Shown in pieces: positions 18,227-28,774 of a stretch of 64,000 bases of DNA (the first letter of the stretch is position 1; each line of letters begins with the position of its first letter). Below the pieces are notes generated by a model. That model saw nothing but the letters and a program-made list of their open reading frames with translations, was not told the DNA's origin and made no database searches. Origin of the DNA: Candidatus Kapaibacterium sp. Its GTDB lineage: Bacteria > Bacteroidota > Ignavibacteria > Kapaibacteriales > UBA2268. The DNA lies in contig OY762428.1 of NCBI GenBank assembly GCA_963665665.1, positions 1,440,001-1,504,000 of the forward strand, read 5' to 3'. The position numbers and the translations under genes are program-made.

Positions 18227-19162
18227 TTACCCGCGTATCAGCCCGAGAAATCCTGTTGGATTCTGATTGGCCTGCGCAAGGGATGTAAGTGAAGCCTGTT
18301 GCAGGAACTGTGACTTGACAAGTTCAAGCTGCTCCTTTGCAACGTCCGAATCTTCCAGCCGGGAAATGGCTGCATTATAATTTACAATTTGTTCCTGAAG
18401 CAAATCTTCCTGAGAAGACATCCTGTTAGCAATACCGCCAACCATGGAGGCGACTTTGTTAACATTATTTAGAGCTTCAGCAAGGCTCGTAAGGGTAACA
18501 TTAATTTCCTCACGGGCAAAAATACCGAGGTTATCAGAAGTAACTTCATCCAGGCGGGCTAAATCAAGGCTGGTAACACCGCCAAATATATCAGTTGAAA
18601 GTGCATTCAGATCAAAATTATTGCTGGAAACATTAAAATCCTCGTTTCCTTTTGTCATATCAACACTAACACTGATTGCAGTATTTGCAGCAGTAAATCC
18701 TATAAAGAAATCAGCGGAAAAACCACCCTTTAAGAGCTGTGCTCCGGCAAAAACAGTCGAATCGATAACCGTCTGTACCTGTTGAGCCATGCGGTAGGCC
18801 GCCTTGGCAAGTGCAACTTTCTCATCTGTTCCCATAGCGCCCGAGGAAGCAGTGGCTGTAGCATCCCTGATATTCGTTATCAATGAGTTAATATTATCCA
18901 GGCCATCCTGGAGAATATTGGTCATATTCAGAACATCACCCACTGTATTGAGAGCGCTTTTCAGGGCGCCATTCCTGGCCTGCAATGCTCTGGCAGTTAT
19001 GTATGCCGCTACATCATCCGCAGCATTATTGATTCTTTTACCTGTCGATAATCTCAACTGCCTGAGTGAAATATCCTGGTTAGCCGCATCAAGAGCATTG
19101 TATGCGTTCTCTGCAGGAGTATTTGTACGTATTCTTGCCTGTCCGCCTGTTGCAAATGGCAT
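18227..19162 (-). CDS. fliC: Flagellin (short, 311 aa), paralog 2
   Basis: N-terminal RLSTGKRINNAADD and C-terminal SRLEDSDVAKE...LAQANQ. Confidence 0.9.
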   Translation of the reverse strand: MPFATGGQARIRTNTPAENAYNALDAANQDISLRQLRLSTGKRINNAADDVAAYITARALQARNGALKSALNTVGDVLNMTNILQDGLDNINSLITNIRDATATASSGAMGTDEKVALAKAAYRMAQQVQTVIDSTVFAGAQLLKGGFSADFFIGFTAANTAISVSVDMTKGNEDFNVSSNNFDLNALSTDIFGGVTSLDLARLDEVTSDNLGIFAREEINVTLTSLAEALNNVNKVASMVGGIANRMSSQEDLLQEQIVNYNAAISRLEDSDVAKEQLELVKSQFLQQASLTSLAQANQNPTGFLGLIRG

Positions 19163-19206
19163 AATTTACCTCGGATTTACAATAAATGTCTTATATTTTT
19201 CTACTT

Positions 19207-20142
19207 TTACCCGCTAATCAACTGCAGGAATGACTGCGGATTCTGGTTGGCCTGAGCCAACGATACAAGCGAGGCCTGCTGCAGGAACTGAGCTTTAACC
19301 AATTCAAGCTGCTCCTTGGCAACATCTGCATCCTCAATCCTGGAAATTGCAGCGTTATAGTTAACAATCTGCTCGTTCAGCAGGTCTTCCTGTGATTGCA
19401 GCCTGTTAACAACACCACCAACATAAGATGCAACTTTGTTGACATTATCAATAGCATCTGCAAGGCTTGTAAGGGTTGTCTGGAGAGTATCAAAATCGAA
19501 TATACCCAGATTTGATGCCGTAACATTGTCAAGGTCTCTCAGATCAAGGCCTGTAACACCTGCAAAATTATCAATCGACATAGAATTAATATCGAAATGC
19601 CCGCTTTCAACATTGAAGTCCTCATTCTGCGGTGTCATATCCAATGCCAGTGTCAGCAGGTTATGAGATGCATTCGTACCGATAACAAAATCTGCCGAAA
19701 AAGTACCGTCAATAAGCTGCCTGCCACCAAATACGGTTGAATCAACAACAGTCTGAATCTGCTCTGACATTCTGAAAGCAGCCTTGGCAAGAGCAATTTT
19801 TTCATCAGTACCCATAGCGCCGGATGCTGCTGTTGCTGTTGCTTCTTTAATCTGGCCCAGCAGATTATAGATATTGTCCATAGCGTCCATAACTATGTAT
19901 GAAACGTTCGACGCGTCGCCAACGGCTTTTAATGCAGCTTTCAAAGCGCCGTTCCTGGCCTGCAGGGCACGGGATGTAATGTAACCGGCAACATCATCGG
20001 CCGCATTATTGATTCTTTTTCCCGTAGATAGTCTCAACTGCCTGAGCGAAATCGACTTATTCGCTGAATCCAACGAGTTATAAGCATTCTCCGCCGGCGT
20101 GTTGGTTCTTATTCTTGCATTTCCTCCTATAGCAAAAGGCAT
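19207..20142 (-). CDS. fliC: Flagellin (short, 311 aa), paralog 1
   Basis: RLSTGKRINNAADD, SRIEDADVAKE...LAQANQNPQSFLQLI. GGAGG RBS. Confidence 0.9.
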   Translation of the reverse strand: MPFAIGGNARIRTNTPAENAYNSLDSANKSISLRQLRLSTGKRINNAADDVAGYITSRALQARNGALKAALKAVGDASNVSYIVMDAMDNIYNLLGQIKEATATAASGAMGTDEKIALAKAAFRMSEQIQTVVDSTVFGGRQLIDGTFSADFVIGTNASHNLLTLALDMTPQNEDFNVESGHFDINSMSIDNFAGVTGLDLRDLDNVTASNLGIFDFDTLQTTLTSLADAIDNVNKVASYVGGVVNRLQSQEDLLNEQIVNYNAAISRIEDADVAKEQLELVKAQFLQQASLVSLAQANQNPQSFLQLISG

Positions 20143-20333
20143 TATTCACCTCCATGTGAATAGTATTACATAAATAGATCAATTGCCTGAAAATTTCCGG
20201 GCGAAGCAGGTTTCATGGTTATCGCTTTTATTTTAGCTCCGCCCCGAATTAAACTCAATCGTTAGTTTTCAAAATTATAGCACTTGTTCAAAACCCTGAT
20301 TCGGGTTTCGATATTTAAATGCTCTTTCCATTT

Positions 20334-20350
20334 TACAACTTGTGTGCCAA
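20334..20350 (-). promoter_or_regulatory. Putative sigma-54 (-24/-12) promoter for the flagellins
   Basis: Minus strand TTGGCAC-ACAAG-TTGTA, one mismatch to TGGCAC-N5-TTGCA, ~190 bp upstream of the first flagellin. Confidence 0.45.
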
Positions 20351-20682
20351 ACAGGAAAATCATCCTTTTTATCAACTTTTCAATAGTGCTTTATTTCCTT
20401 TATTACTTGTGCCATTCAATGATAATACCATGCCAAACTTAAGAGCCAGACTGCCTTTTGCCATAAATTCAAGCACGAGGGCATCTGCTCTTACTTTGTG
20501 AAATTTTATTATTTTCAGCCGTTACCTGTCAAATTTTAAAATGTCTAAAATAAACACATCCTTGAGTATAATAATCTACACTTGGCTAATCATGGTCATT
20601 AATGACCAAAAAATTCAACCCAACATTTTCTCATCTAAAGCGTATTTTTAGTATATTGCAATTGAAATTACAGGAAGAATTT

Positions 20683-20898
20683 ATGTTAAAGTTTTTATTA
20701 GTCATATTAATTATTTTCATTCTGTTCCTTGTTGGATCAAGTATGATACTTCGTTGGGCCCGAAAGATTGTTAACAGTTTCGGAACAGGAAGACAAACCA
20801 ATTCAAAAATGGGCAACGAAAAAAAAGATAAGGACGTACTATATAATAAAGACGATATTGTTGTCATGAAAGGCGACGCAGGGAAGAAAAAGAACTAA
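20683..20898 (+). CDS. Small single-pass membrane protein
   Basis: Hydrophobic N-terminus (MLKFLLVILIIFILFLVG) and basic tail. AGGA upstream of ATG 20683. Confidence 0.6.
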   Translation: MLKFLLVILIIFILFLVGSSMILRWARKIVNSFGTGRQTNSKMGNEKKDKDVLYNKDDIVVMKGDAGKKKN

Positions 20899-20931
20899 AA
20901 ATCTGGTATTAATGACAAAACGGATAATCTA

Positions 20932-22494
20932 ATGAACGATCAGGCTCCTCTAATTGCAGCTATTGACCTTGGCACTAATTCATTCCACATGGTAATTGCA
21001 AGTGTGAACCAGCGTGGAATGCTTGATATAAAATCCCGCGATAAAGAAATGGTGCGCCTTGGCAGGTCGCACAAAGATATGAAAAGGCTTCATCCCGACG
21101 CAATTGAGCGCGGTGTGGAAACATTGAAGAACTTTGTAAAAATTGCAAAAAGCGAGTTTGCACAAATTCGTGCAGTTGCTACCAGCGCTGTCAGGGAAGC
21201 TTCCAACCAGAAAGAATTCCGGGACAGGGTAAAAGAAGCTACAGGTATTAATATCGAGGTAATATCAGGTGCTGAAGAAGGCAGGCTTATTTACCAGGGT
21301 ATCATCCATTCTCTTCCTGTGTTTGACAAAACCACACTTTTGATTGATATTGGCGGTGGAAGTACCGAAACTGTAGTTGGCCTTAGTGGTAATATAAAAT
21401 ATGTTCACAGCGAAAAAATCGGGGCAATCAGGCTTACAAAAGGATTTTTCCCCAATGGAATCTCCAATCCTTACCGGGTTGAGGAATGCAGGGATTTTAT
21501 CAAAGGCGCATGGTCACCAACAATGAAAAGGCTGAAAGAATGTAATCTTGAAACTGTGGTTGGTACTTCAGGAACTATACAAAATATAGCGCTAATGGCC
21601 CTTGCTGCAAAAAATGTTGACATTCCGGATATTACTAACGGCCTGAAAGTATCCGCTAAAGAAATGCTTAAAACAATTGAAAAAATTGTCTCAACAAAAA
21701 CCCCCGAAGAAAGACTTAATATAAAAGGTATGGATCCGAAACGTGCTGATATTATCGTTGGCGGGGCTTTGATAATTGAGCATGCATTAAAAACCTTAGA
21801 TATTAAGGATATTGTAATTTCATCCTACGCCCTGCGTGAAGGAATCGTTTTTGATACTTACTCCAAAATGAAATCTATTAAGGAACACAGGAACCTTAAT
21901 AACCTGAGATATGAAACAATTTTGAACCTGTGCCAGAGATACAATGTTGAAATGATTCACTCACGCCACGTAAAAGAAATTGCCCTGGCAATATACGACG
22001 ACCTTCAATCCATGCACAAACAACCTGCCGATACAAGAGAAATGCTGGAAGCCGCTGCATTGCTCCATGATGTCGGATATCACATATCTCACGATCAGCA
22101 TCATAAGCACAGCTATTATATTATTAAAAATTCAGTTATGCCGGGGTTCACTAACAACGAATCCGACCTGATAGCAAATATTGCCCGATACCACAGGAAA
22201 AGCCACCCGAAGAAAAAACATGATAATTTCAATCGGCTTACTAAGGAAAAGCAGGAAATTGTAAAGCTGCTTGGCGGAATATTAAGAATTGCCGAAGGTA
22301 TCGACAGGCGTCAGCTTAAAGTTGTGAATAAAGTCAAAGCTGATTTCCACAACAATGAGATCAATATCTATTTGTACCATGCTGAAAATGAAATAATCCC
22401 TGATATTGAAATATGGGGAGCTAACCGAAGAAAATCACTGCTTGAAGCAACCTTCGATAAAAAAGTCAATTTCCACCTTGTTGCTGAAGGATAG
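20932..22494 (+). CDS. ppx: Exopolyphosphatase / pppGpp phosphohydrolase (Ppx/GppA) with HD domain
   Basis: AAIDLGTNSFH, ATSAVREA, DIGGGSTE, ALREG, LLHDVG. Confidence 0.95.
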   Translation: MNDQAPLIAAIDLGTNSFHMVIASVNQRGMLDIKSRDKEMVRLGRSHKDMKRLHPDAIERGVETLKNFVKIAKSEFAQIRAVATSAVREASNQKEFRDRVKEATGINIEVISGAEEGRLIYQGIIHSLPVFDKTTLLIDIGGGSTETVVGLSGNIKYVHSEKIGAIRLTKGFFPNGISNPYRVEECRDFIKGAWSPTMKRLKECNLETVVGTSGTIQNIALMALAAKNVDIPDITNGLKVSAKEMLKTIEKIVSTKTPEERLNIKGMDPKRADIIVGGALIIEHALKTLDIKDIVISSYALREGIVFDTYSKMKSIKEHRNLNNLRYETILNLCQRYNVEMIHSRHVKEIALAIYDDLQSMHKQPADTREMLEAAALLHDVGYHISHDQHHKHSYYIIKNSVMPGFTNNESDLIANIARYHRKSHPKKKHDNFNRLTKEKQEIVKLLGGILRIAEGIDRRQLKVVNKVKADFHNNEINIYLYHAENEIIPDIEIWGANRRKSLLEATFDKKVNFHLVAEG

Positions 22495-22722
22495 CTTTTA
22501 TTACTTTTTCAGTGGATATAAGGCCGGAGTATAATGGTAGTTTCATTATGAATATGAACTATCAGATCTTCGGAATAGACGTAATTTTTATATTCTCAGT
22601 TTTGATTGTTTCGATACAGTAAACGCCCGTTATTCTGAAATGCCTGGATATCCAACACCTCCGAAGGATGGGCTTGCTGAAAAACTGCAAAAATGCCGCA
22701 GCTACGCTGCTTTCGGTTTATA

Positions 22723-22751
22723 CTCCTTCCCAAGCCCCGCTTGGGAAGGAG
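22723..22751. repeat. Perfect 13-bp-stem palindrome (REP-like)
   Basis: CTCCTTCCCAAGC-CCC-GCTTGGGAAGGAG. Confidence 0.65.
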
Positions 22752-22950
22752 GGGAAACTCCCTCTCCAGCACTCTCCCTCCATTCTTCCACTTTAATGAA
22801 TCGAATAATTTCCTTGTTTCAATGCTGTTTTGAATCAGAATCCTGATGTTTGGGCTAATCGCTTTGCTGTCGGGGTTTTAAACTGCTATGTCCGGAGGTA
22901 TTGAAGCATTGTTTGGCCTTATTGTAGTGAAATCCGGCCTAATTGTACGC

Positions 22951-23643
22951 TTGTTCCGCCTCGTTGCTTGCTTGTTTCGCCTAATTGCTTGCTTATTCCG
23001 CCTCATTGCTTGCTTGTTTCGCCTCATTACACGCTTGTCTTGCCTCATTGAAGTCTTGTTCCTCTTCATTGCTTGCTTGTTCCGCTTCATTGCTTGCTTG
23101 TTTCGCCTTATTTCTTGCTTTTTCCGCCTTATTGCTCACTTGTTCCGCCTTATTTCTTGCTTGTTCCGCCTCATTGCTTGCTTGTTATACCTCATTGCTT
23201 GCTTGTTCCGCCTCGTTGCTTGCTTGTTCCGCCTTACTGCTCACTTGTTCTGCCCTATTGCTTGCTTGTTCTGCCTCATTGATGTCTTGTTTCGCTTCAT
23301 TACTTGCTTGTTCCGCCTTATTTCTTGCTTGTTCCGCCTCATTGCTTGCTTGTTATACCTCATTGATGTCTTGTTTCGCTTCATTACTTGCTTGTTCCGC
23401 CTTATTGAAGTCTTGTTCTGCTTCATTGCTCGCTTGTTCCGCCTCATTGATGTCTTGTTCCGCCTCATTGTTTGCTTGTTCTGCCTTATTGCTTGCTTGT
23501 TTCGCTTCATTGAAGTTTTGTTTTGCCTTATTGCCTGCTTGTTCCGCCTCGTTGCTCACTTGTTCTGCTTCATTGCTGTCTTGTTTTGCCTCATTGCTCA
23601 CTTGTTCGGCTTCATTGCTTGCTTGTTTGGCTTCATTGCTTGC
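22951..23643. repeat. 21-bp tandem repeat array, 33 in-phase units
   Basis: Consensus TTGTTCCGCCTCATTGCTTGC. 693 bp = 33 x 21 with substitutions but no indels. Degenerate units extend on both sides. Confidence 0.95.
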
Positions 23644-23689
23644 TTGTTTGGCATTGAAATCCCGAAGGTAGAGATGAGAATAGTCTTTA

Positions 23690-24175
23690 GATATAACTGA
23701 TAATCAAATATATAGCCCAAAATATTAAATAGTATACTAATTCTAACAAATATATAGTATTTATAATAATTTATATAATATATCCAAGCCTTGATATAGT
23801 TCATCTAACAAAACTTTTTATATAAATAACTAATTATCTTATATATATAATTAAATAATTGGTATGATTTATTAAATTAGTATTATAGACTATTAAATAT
23901 TAGTATTAACCTATTAATTAATTAGTATATCTAATTTGTTAGAACAATTAAATATATACTTGGATACTCAATATATTTTATAAATAAAGAATAATAAATT
24001 ATAAAATGGAGTGATTAATGACTTGTTTGAATTATTTATTTGATTAGTTATATTATTAATATTGTAAATCTATATGATTATTTAATAATTCTATAAATAT
24101 ATTTATTACAAATACTTAAATATTTACTAATTCTTATGATATATTTTATTATTCAAGTATTATAAATTATTCAAT
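23690..24175. other. Extremely AT-rich non-coding tract between the two repeat arrays
   Basis: G/C bases are sparse over ~490 bp and there is no credible ORF. Confidence 0.8.
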
Positions 24176-24223
24176 CAGCAAAATATTTCGGATTCCAACG
24201 CTACACAAGCAATCATTACCACC

Positions 24224-24827
24224 GACCAAGGCAGCAATTGAATCAAACATCTATGCAATAACTCCGACCCCTCCCAAACCCTCCCCGAAGGAGAGGGCTT
24301 TGAAGAAGAATAAAGCAGCAATAGAATAAACCATTGGTTCTTTGCTTTTGACCAAGGCAGCAATGACTCCGACCCCTCCCAAACCCTCCCCGAAGGAGAG
24401 GGCTTTGAAGTAAAACAAGGCAGCAATAGAATAAACCATTGGTTCTTTGCTTCCGAACAAGGCAACAATGGTTTAGACCAAGGCGGCAATAACTTAAAAC
24501 ATCTATGCAATAACTCCGACCCCTCCCAAACCCTCCCCGAAGGAGAGGGCTTTGAAGAAGAATAAAGCAGCAATAATGTCAAATATCAGTTCTTTGTCTC
24601 CAACCAAGGCAGCAATGACTTCGACCAAGGCAGCAATAACTTCGACCCCTCCCAAACACACGCGGTGTGGAACCCTCCCCGAAGGAGAGGGCTTTGAAGT
24701 AAAACAAGGCAGCAATAGAATAAACCATTGGTTCTTTGCTTTCGAACATTGGTGCATTGACTCCAACCAAGGCAGCAATGACTTAGAACATTAGTGCATT
24801 GCCTTCGACCCCTCCAACCTTCCCACG
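24224..24827. repeat. Composite array: 21-bp units (GACCAAGGCAGCAATGACTCC-like) interleaved with 42-bp palindromic modules
   Basis: Module GACCCCTCCCAAACCCTCCCCGAAGGAGAGGGCTTTGAAG starts at 24266, 24371, 24518 and 24644, with a degenerate copy at 24807. Confidence 0.9.
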
Positions 24828-25042
24828 ACCGTATCTTTCATACATTATCTGCATAGTAAGATGGATTCTTCAGTCGCAAGCTCCTTCAGAATGACTTTTT
24901 TTTATCAGGGATGCCTGCCCCGATTTTACCGGGAACTACTGCTTTTCAGGTTTGTAAGTCAGGTTCTTAGTTGGGGGAAATAACTTGTATTGGAATAGTT
25001 AAGGCTATGGAATGAACAATTTCGTGGATTTCGGAGTTCTGA

Positions 25043-27496
25043 CTACTTGAATATTATCTTCAGCATTGTAAAGTCGTCATCAAGGGAATGATGGCCGCGC
25101 ATTTTCTTAACGTGTTTGTATAGTTTTATTATCTCGCTGCCACCGGGTTCGGTATTTTCTTTAAGGAATGATGTCATGTTATCCATTTCCCAGAACTGGC
25201 CGTTTGCATCCCTTATTTCATAAACTCCGTCAGAATATACAAATATGGTAGTGTTTTCCGGAATAGTTATTTCATCTGCTTTAAAATCAAAGCTTGCCAG
25301 CCCTGCAATAGCATAGTTTTTTACATTCAAATCGCGTGATTCGCCCCCGGGAATCAGCATAAGGGCCGGTGGATGGCCGGCGCTGGAATATCTGATAGTC
25401 CTGGTTTTCTTATTATAAACGCCGTACCAAATTGTGAAGAAAATATTATTATGTTTCTTCATCATGAATGATTTGTTTAGTGAAGTAAGCACTGACACAG
25501 GATCCCGGTAGTCCGTATCCGGAAGGTTCTCGAATCTAAGAACATTCAGAACTGAAACTGAGTGCAAAGCAGAACCCACACCATGGCCGGAAACATCAAG
25601 CAGATAAAAGGCAAAATGTTCATCATCCATCCAGTGGTAGCCGAAAGAATCGCCGCCAATCTTGGATGAAGGGATAAGTTCCCAGTTTGTTGTAATTGCA
25701 CCATTATTAATTCTTGGCGGGAGCAGTGATGCAACATAATCCGCAGCCCGGTTCAGGTCGTTATTAATAATATCAAGATAGCTGTCCTTCTCCCGATTGG
25801 AATTAGTCAGGTCATGTTCGGATTTTACCAGTTTCTCGTTTGCAATACCAAGTTCAACATTTTTCTCTTCCAGAAGGCGATTGGTTCTTTTGCTGAATAC
25901 AAATAGTCCGTACAATATTAATGCAATAAGAAGGATAAGAGTAAAACCTATTATCAGGTAGTTTTTCATCTCCTCCTGAATTTCCTTATCTTTGGACAGG
26001 GTCTTAATTTCAGTTTCCTTTTTCTCCAGCTCGTACATAAAGCGTACTTCAGAAACATCTTTGGAATTCCTGTGAGTACCCAGGCTGTCTTTCAATTTAT
26101 CATGAAGTTTTCGATATTTAAAAGCCTTATAATAATCCTGTTTATCGGAAAAAATATCCGACATAGCAGAATATATCTGAACCAGGGACTCGTTTACATT
26201 ACCGATAGTGGCAAGATTTTCAGCCTCGCTGATATATTTCAAAGCTGTTTCGTAATCACCCTTATTTCGGTATGCCTGACTCAGGCTATAGGCTGTTTGA
26301 GCTATAAGGGGGTACATCTCAAAATCCCGCCAGATAACAAGAGCATTATCATAGAGTTTAATAGCCTGGTCGGGTTTATCCAGGTTCAGGTTCACATTTC
26401 CGATATTCATCAAAGACCTGGCAATCAGAGATTTGTTCCCCATTTCCTTATATATCAGCAAGGCAAGTTTATAGTAATGCAGCGCCTTTTTATAATTCTT
26501 TTGCATTTCGGCATTCAGCGCTATCATACCAAAAGTTTCGGCTATCATCTGATTGTGTTCCATTTCGCGGAAAATATTCAGCGCCCTAAGCAGATAATCC
26601 ATTGCCTCGTCATATTTTCCAAGCCTTGTATTCAAATAACCGATATAAGAAAGTACCTGCGCTTCCTGAATTTTATCATTTTGCTTAAGAATAAGTTCAA
26701 GAGCTTTTAGATAATAAGATTTCGATTCGTCGAACCTTTCCCAGCTGTGATATATCGTACCCAATAACTTCAGATATGTTATTTTTCCTTCAAATCCTTT
26801 AATTTCATTTGCCCGCTTCGAGGCCATCACAAAATATTCAACGGCCTTCTCGTAATCTCCCCGGCTCTTATAAATATTACCCATATCCTGATAATTCCAT
26901 ACAAACAGGAAGGAATTGGCATCAAGCGAATCATATTTCAAAGCCTTGTTAAAATATTCAAGTGCTTTATCATAATGTCCGGCAGAATTATAAAGCCTTG
27001 CCATATTTGTATATGAAAAAGAGGCACATTCATAATAATCAATATCAACTGACAAATGTGCTGATTTTCTGAAATAATCGAATGCTTTTTCGTGCTTGCC
27101 CTGGTTTGTGGCACAAACACCGAGATATCTAAGTACAAAAGCCTTGCCCTTATCATAATTAGTAGCCATTGCCAGATCCCTGGCCTGTAATAACTTCTCT
27201 TTTCCAACTTCACATCTGCCAGAATGGCTGTATCCGGCACCCATATACATCAGGGCATCAATCATACCGACAGAGTCTTTTACTCCCCGGGCAATTTCCA
27301 ACGCCTCGGTGGATAACTTTATTGTTCTCTCGGGAAAAGTAGCCCTGTATTCATTGGCAAGTTTATTCAAAGGTTCAATCCTGTCTGCACCCTGTAGATT
27401 TTTCAGGCAAAGCTCCAGGCTGTCCGGTTTTTCATAAGATAATAGCGGGTTAATAATAAAAAGTAAAAGGATTAATATTTGAATATTTTTTTTCAA
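25043..27496 (-). CDS. TPR-repeat membrane sensor with PP2C/SpoIIE (RsbU-like) phosphatase domain
   Basis: Signal peptide, multiple TPR repeats, TM helix, then GGDSF, DVSGHG, SAGHPP, YSDGV and DDFT. Confidence 0.9.
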   Translation of the reverse strand: MKKNIQILILLLFIINPLLSYEKPDSLELCLKNLQGADRIEPLNKLANEYRATFPERTIKLSTEALEIARGVKDSVGMIDALMYMGAGYSHSGRCEVGKEKLLQARDLAMATNYDKGKAFVLRYLGVCATNQGKHEKAFDYFRKSAHLSVDIDYYECASFSYTNMARLYNSAGHYDKALEYFNKALKYDSLDANSFLFVWNYQDMGNIYKSRGDYEKAVEYFVMASKRANEIKGFEGKITYLKLLGTIYHSWERFDESKSYYLKALELILKQNDKIQEAQVLSYIGYLNTRLGKYDEAMDYLLRALNIFREMEHNQMIAETFGMIALNAEMQKNYKKALHYYKLALLIYKEMGNKSLIARSLMNIGNVNLNLDKPDQAIKLYDNALVIWRDFEMYPLIAQTAYSLSQAYRNKGDYETALKYISEAENLATIGNVNESLVQIYSAMSDIFSDKQDYYKAFKYRKLHDKLKDSLGTHRNSKDVSEVRFMYELEKKETEIKTLSKDKEIQEEMKNYLIIGFTLILLIALILYGLFVFSKRTNRLLEEKNVELGIANEKLVKSEHDLTNSNREKDSYLDIINNDLNRAADYVASLLPPRINNGAITTNWELIPSSKIGGDSFGYHWMDDEHFAFYLLDVSGHGVGSALHSVSVLNVLRFENLPDTDYRDPVSVLTSLNKSFMMKKHNNIFFTIWYGVYNKKTRTIRYSSAGHPPALMLIPGGESRDLNVKNYAIAGLASFDFKADEITIPENTTIFVYSDGVYEIRDANGQFWEMDNMTSFLKENTEPGGSEIIKLYKHVKKMRGHHSLDDDFTMLKIIFK

Positions 27497-27502
27497 TTTA
27501 TA

Positions 27503-28705
27503 TTATAGCTTAAAACTTTCATAAAGAACTTTCACGGGAACCCTTCCCAGTTTTTTGGACAGGTAGCTGTCCTTGATATTTCTCGCGGCTTTTGTAAGGT
27601 CTTCGGATTTGATTCCCGCATTTATTGAATTATACGCTTCAAGAAATGCCGCCAGATGATCCGCCCCACGGATCAATTCACCGTCATAGGGATTAAAGAC
27701 GTCGCTGTTGTAATTATCGTTGATGATATCAACAGTAATTTTGCTTTTTAAAATATCTCCTTCAACGAAAACTTTATTGCTGAATTCATCCTGTGTAAAA
27801 TATTTAATTTCTTCGATCCATTCTTCTTCAAGCAGTGGGAATATTTCCTCTTCTGCAAGCTGTCTTTCAATATCTTTCAGAAATATATCGAATTCCGTAA
27901 CGGATTTTTTCAACGGCGAAATAATATCCCTTGTAACAGCTTCTGCAAGATCATGGAACAGTCCACCAAAAAAATCGTTATAAAGGCGCTTGAAGCAGGC
28001 TTTATTCTCCCGGGCAAAGAAATAAGATATTGCAGCAACAAGCATAGTATGCCCGAGTACAGAAGTAGAAGGGATCCTCGGAGTTTGAGCCCAGCGCACC
28101 TGAAAACGCAACTGCCCGAAAAGGTCGACAAAGTTTGAAATCGTATGTCTGTTGATCAGGCGGTAAACACCATCCAGATCTTTATATTTTTCAATTCTGT
28201 TCAGTAGTTCTTTTTCAATCCTGGTATTTTGATAATTATTCGGATTTGAGTTCTTAATAATCTGAAATTCCCAATAACTGGCATAAATATGAGCAGCATT
28301 CAGGCATTTGTCAGTCAGGTCTTCATCATCAATATCTGTGAAAAGATATTCTTTCAGTTCATTACTTATCTCTTCGTTCTCTATTTTTGATTCCAGAACG
28401 GAATAAACATATTCGTTCAGCTTTCTGAAAACCTCTTTATCCCTGGTAATCCTGGAATAAATCGGCGACTTTATGTCGGAAATGACTATTCTGCGCAATA
28501 ACTCGTAGATACCATTTTTTATTATCCTGTCCCAATCAATTTCGTGGCCGCGTTTCTCCTCATATTTACCAAGAACGTAGGCCACAATCATTTTATGGGC
28601 ATGTTTATCCATTTCGGTGATTTCCATGGGACGTATCCTGTCATTCCACCTTTGAATATAAAAACCTCTGAATAATTCGTTAACAAGTGAAAAATTTGCT
28701 ATCAC
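27503..28705 (-). CDS. HD-domain hydrolase (tandem YfbR-like domains)
   Basis: RW...SVLGH...FHDLAEAVTRDIISP...ADHL, with a similar degenerate N-terminal copy. Confidence 0.8.
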   Translation of the reverse strand: MIANFSLVNELFRGFYIQRWNDRIRPMEITEMDKHAHKMIVAYVLGKYEEKRGHEIDWDRIIKNGIYELLRRIVISDIKSPIYSRITRDKEVFRKLNEYVYSVLESKIENEEISNELKEYLFTDIDDEDLTDKCLNAAHIYASYWEFQIIKNSNPNNYQNTRIEKELLNRIEKYKDLDGVYRLINRHTISNFVDLFGQLRFQVRWAQTPRIPSTSVLGHTMLVAAISYFFARENKACFKRLYNDFFGGLFHDLAEAVTRDIISPLKKSVTEFDIFLKDIERQLAEEEIFPLLEEEWIEEIKYFTQDEFSNKVFVEGDILKSKITVDIINDNYNSDVFNPYDGELIRGADHLAAFLEAYNSINAGIKSEDLTKAARNIKDSYLSKKLGRVPVKVLYESFKL

Positions 28706-28774
28706 TTTAATATCCCGTTATAATGGATAAACCTTAAAAAAATTACGATACAACAATTACAATGTTTCGATATT

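Noticed and set aside
20160-20320. c-di-GMP riboswitch in the flagellin leader
   Set aside because: Small hairpins are present, but I could not find the class I or class II consensus.
22888-23700. 270-aa and 228-aa Cys/Leu-rich ORFs (LFRLIAC / ACSASLL repeats) as genes or as Cys-rich RiPP precursors
   Set aside because: Open frames are a by-product of the stop-free 21-bp unit. No RBS, no leader motif, no CxxG pattern.
23690-24175. Chromosomal oriC
   Set aside because: AT-rich, but I found no TTATCCACA-type DnaA boxes and no dnaA/gidA/parAB context.
24266-24827. CRISPR array (repeated ~40-bp palindromic unit)
   Set aside because: Spacers are 60-120 bp, unequal, and built from recurring 21-mers rather than unique sequence. 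No cas genes in the window.
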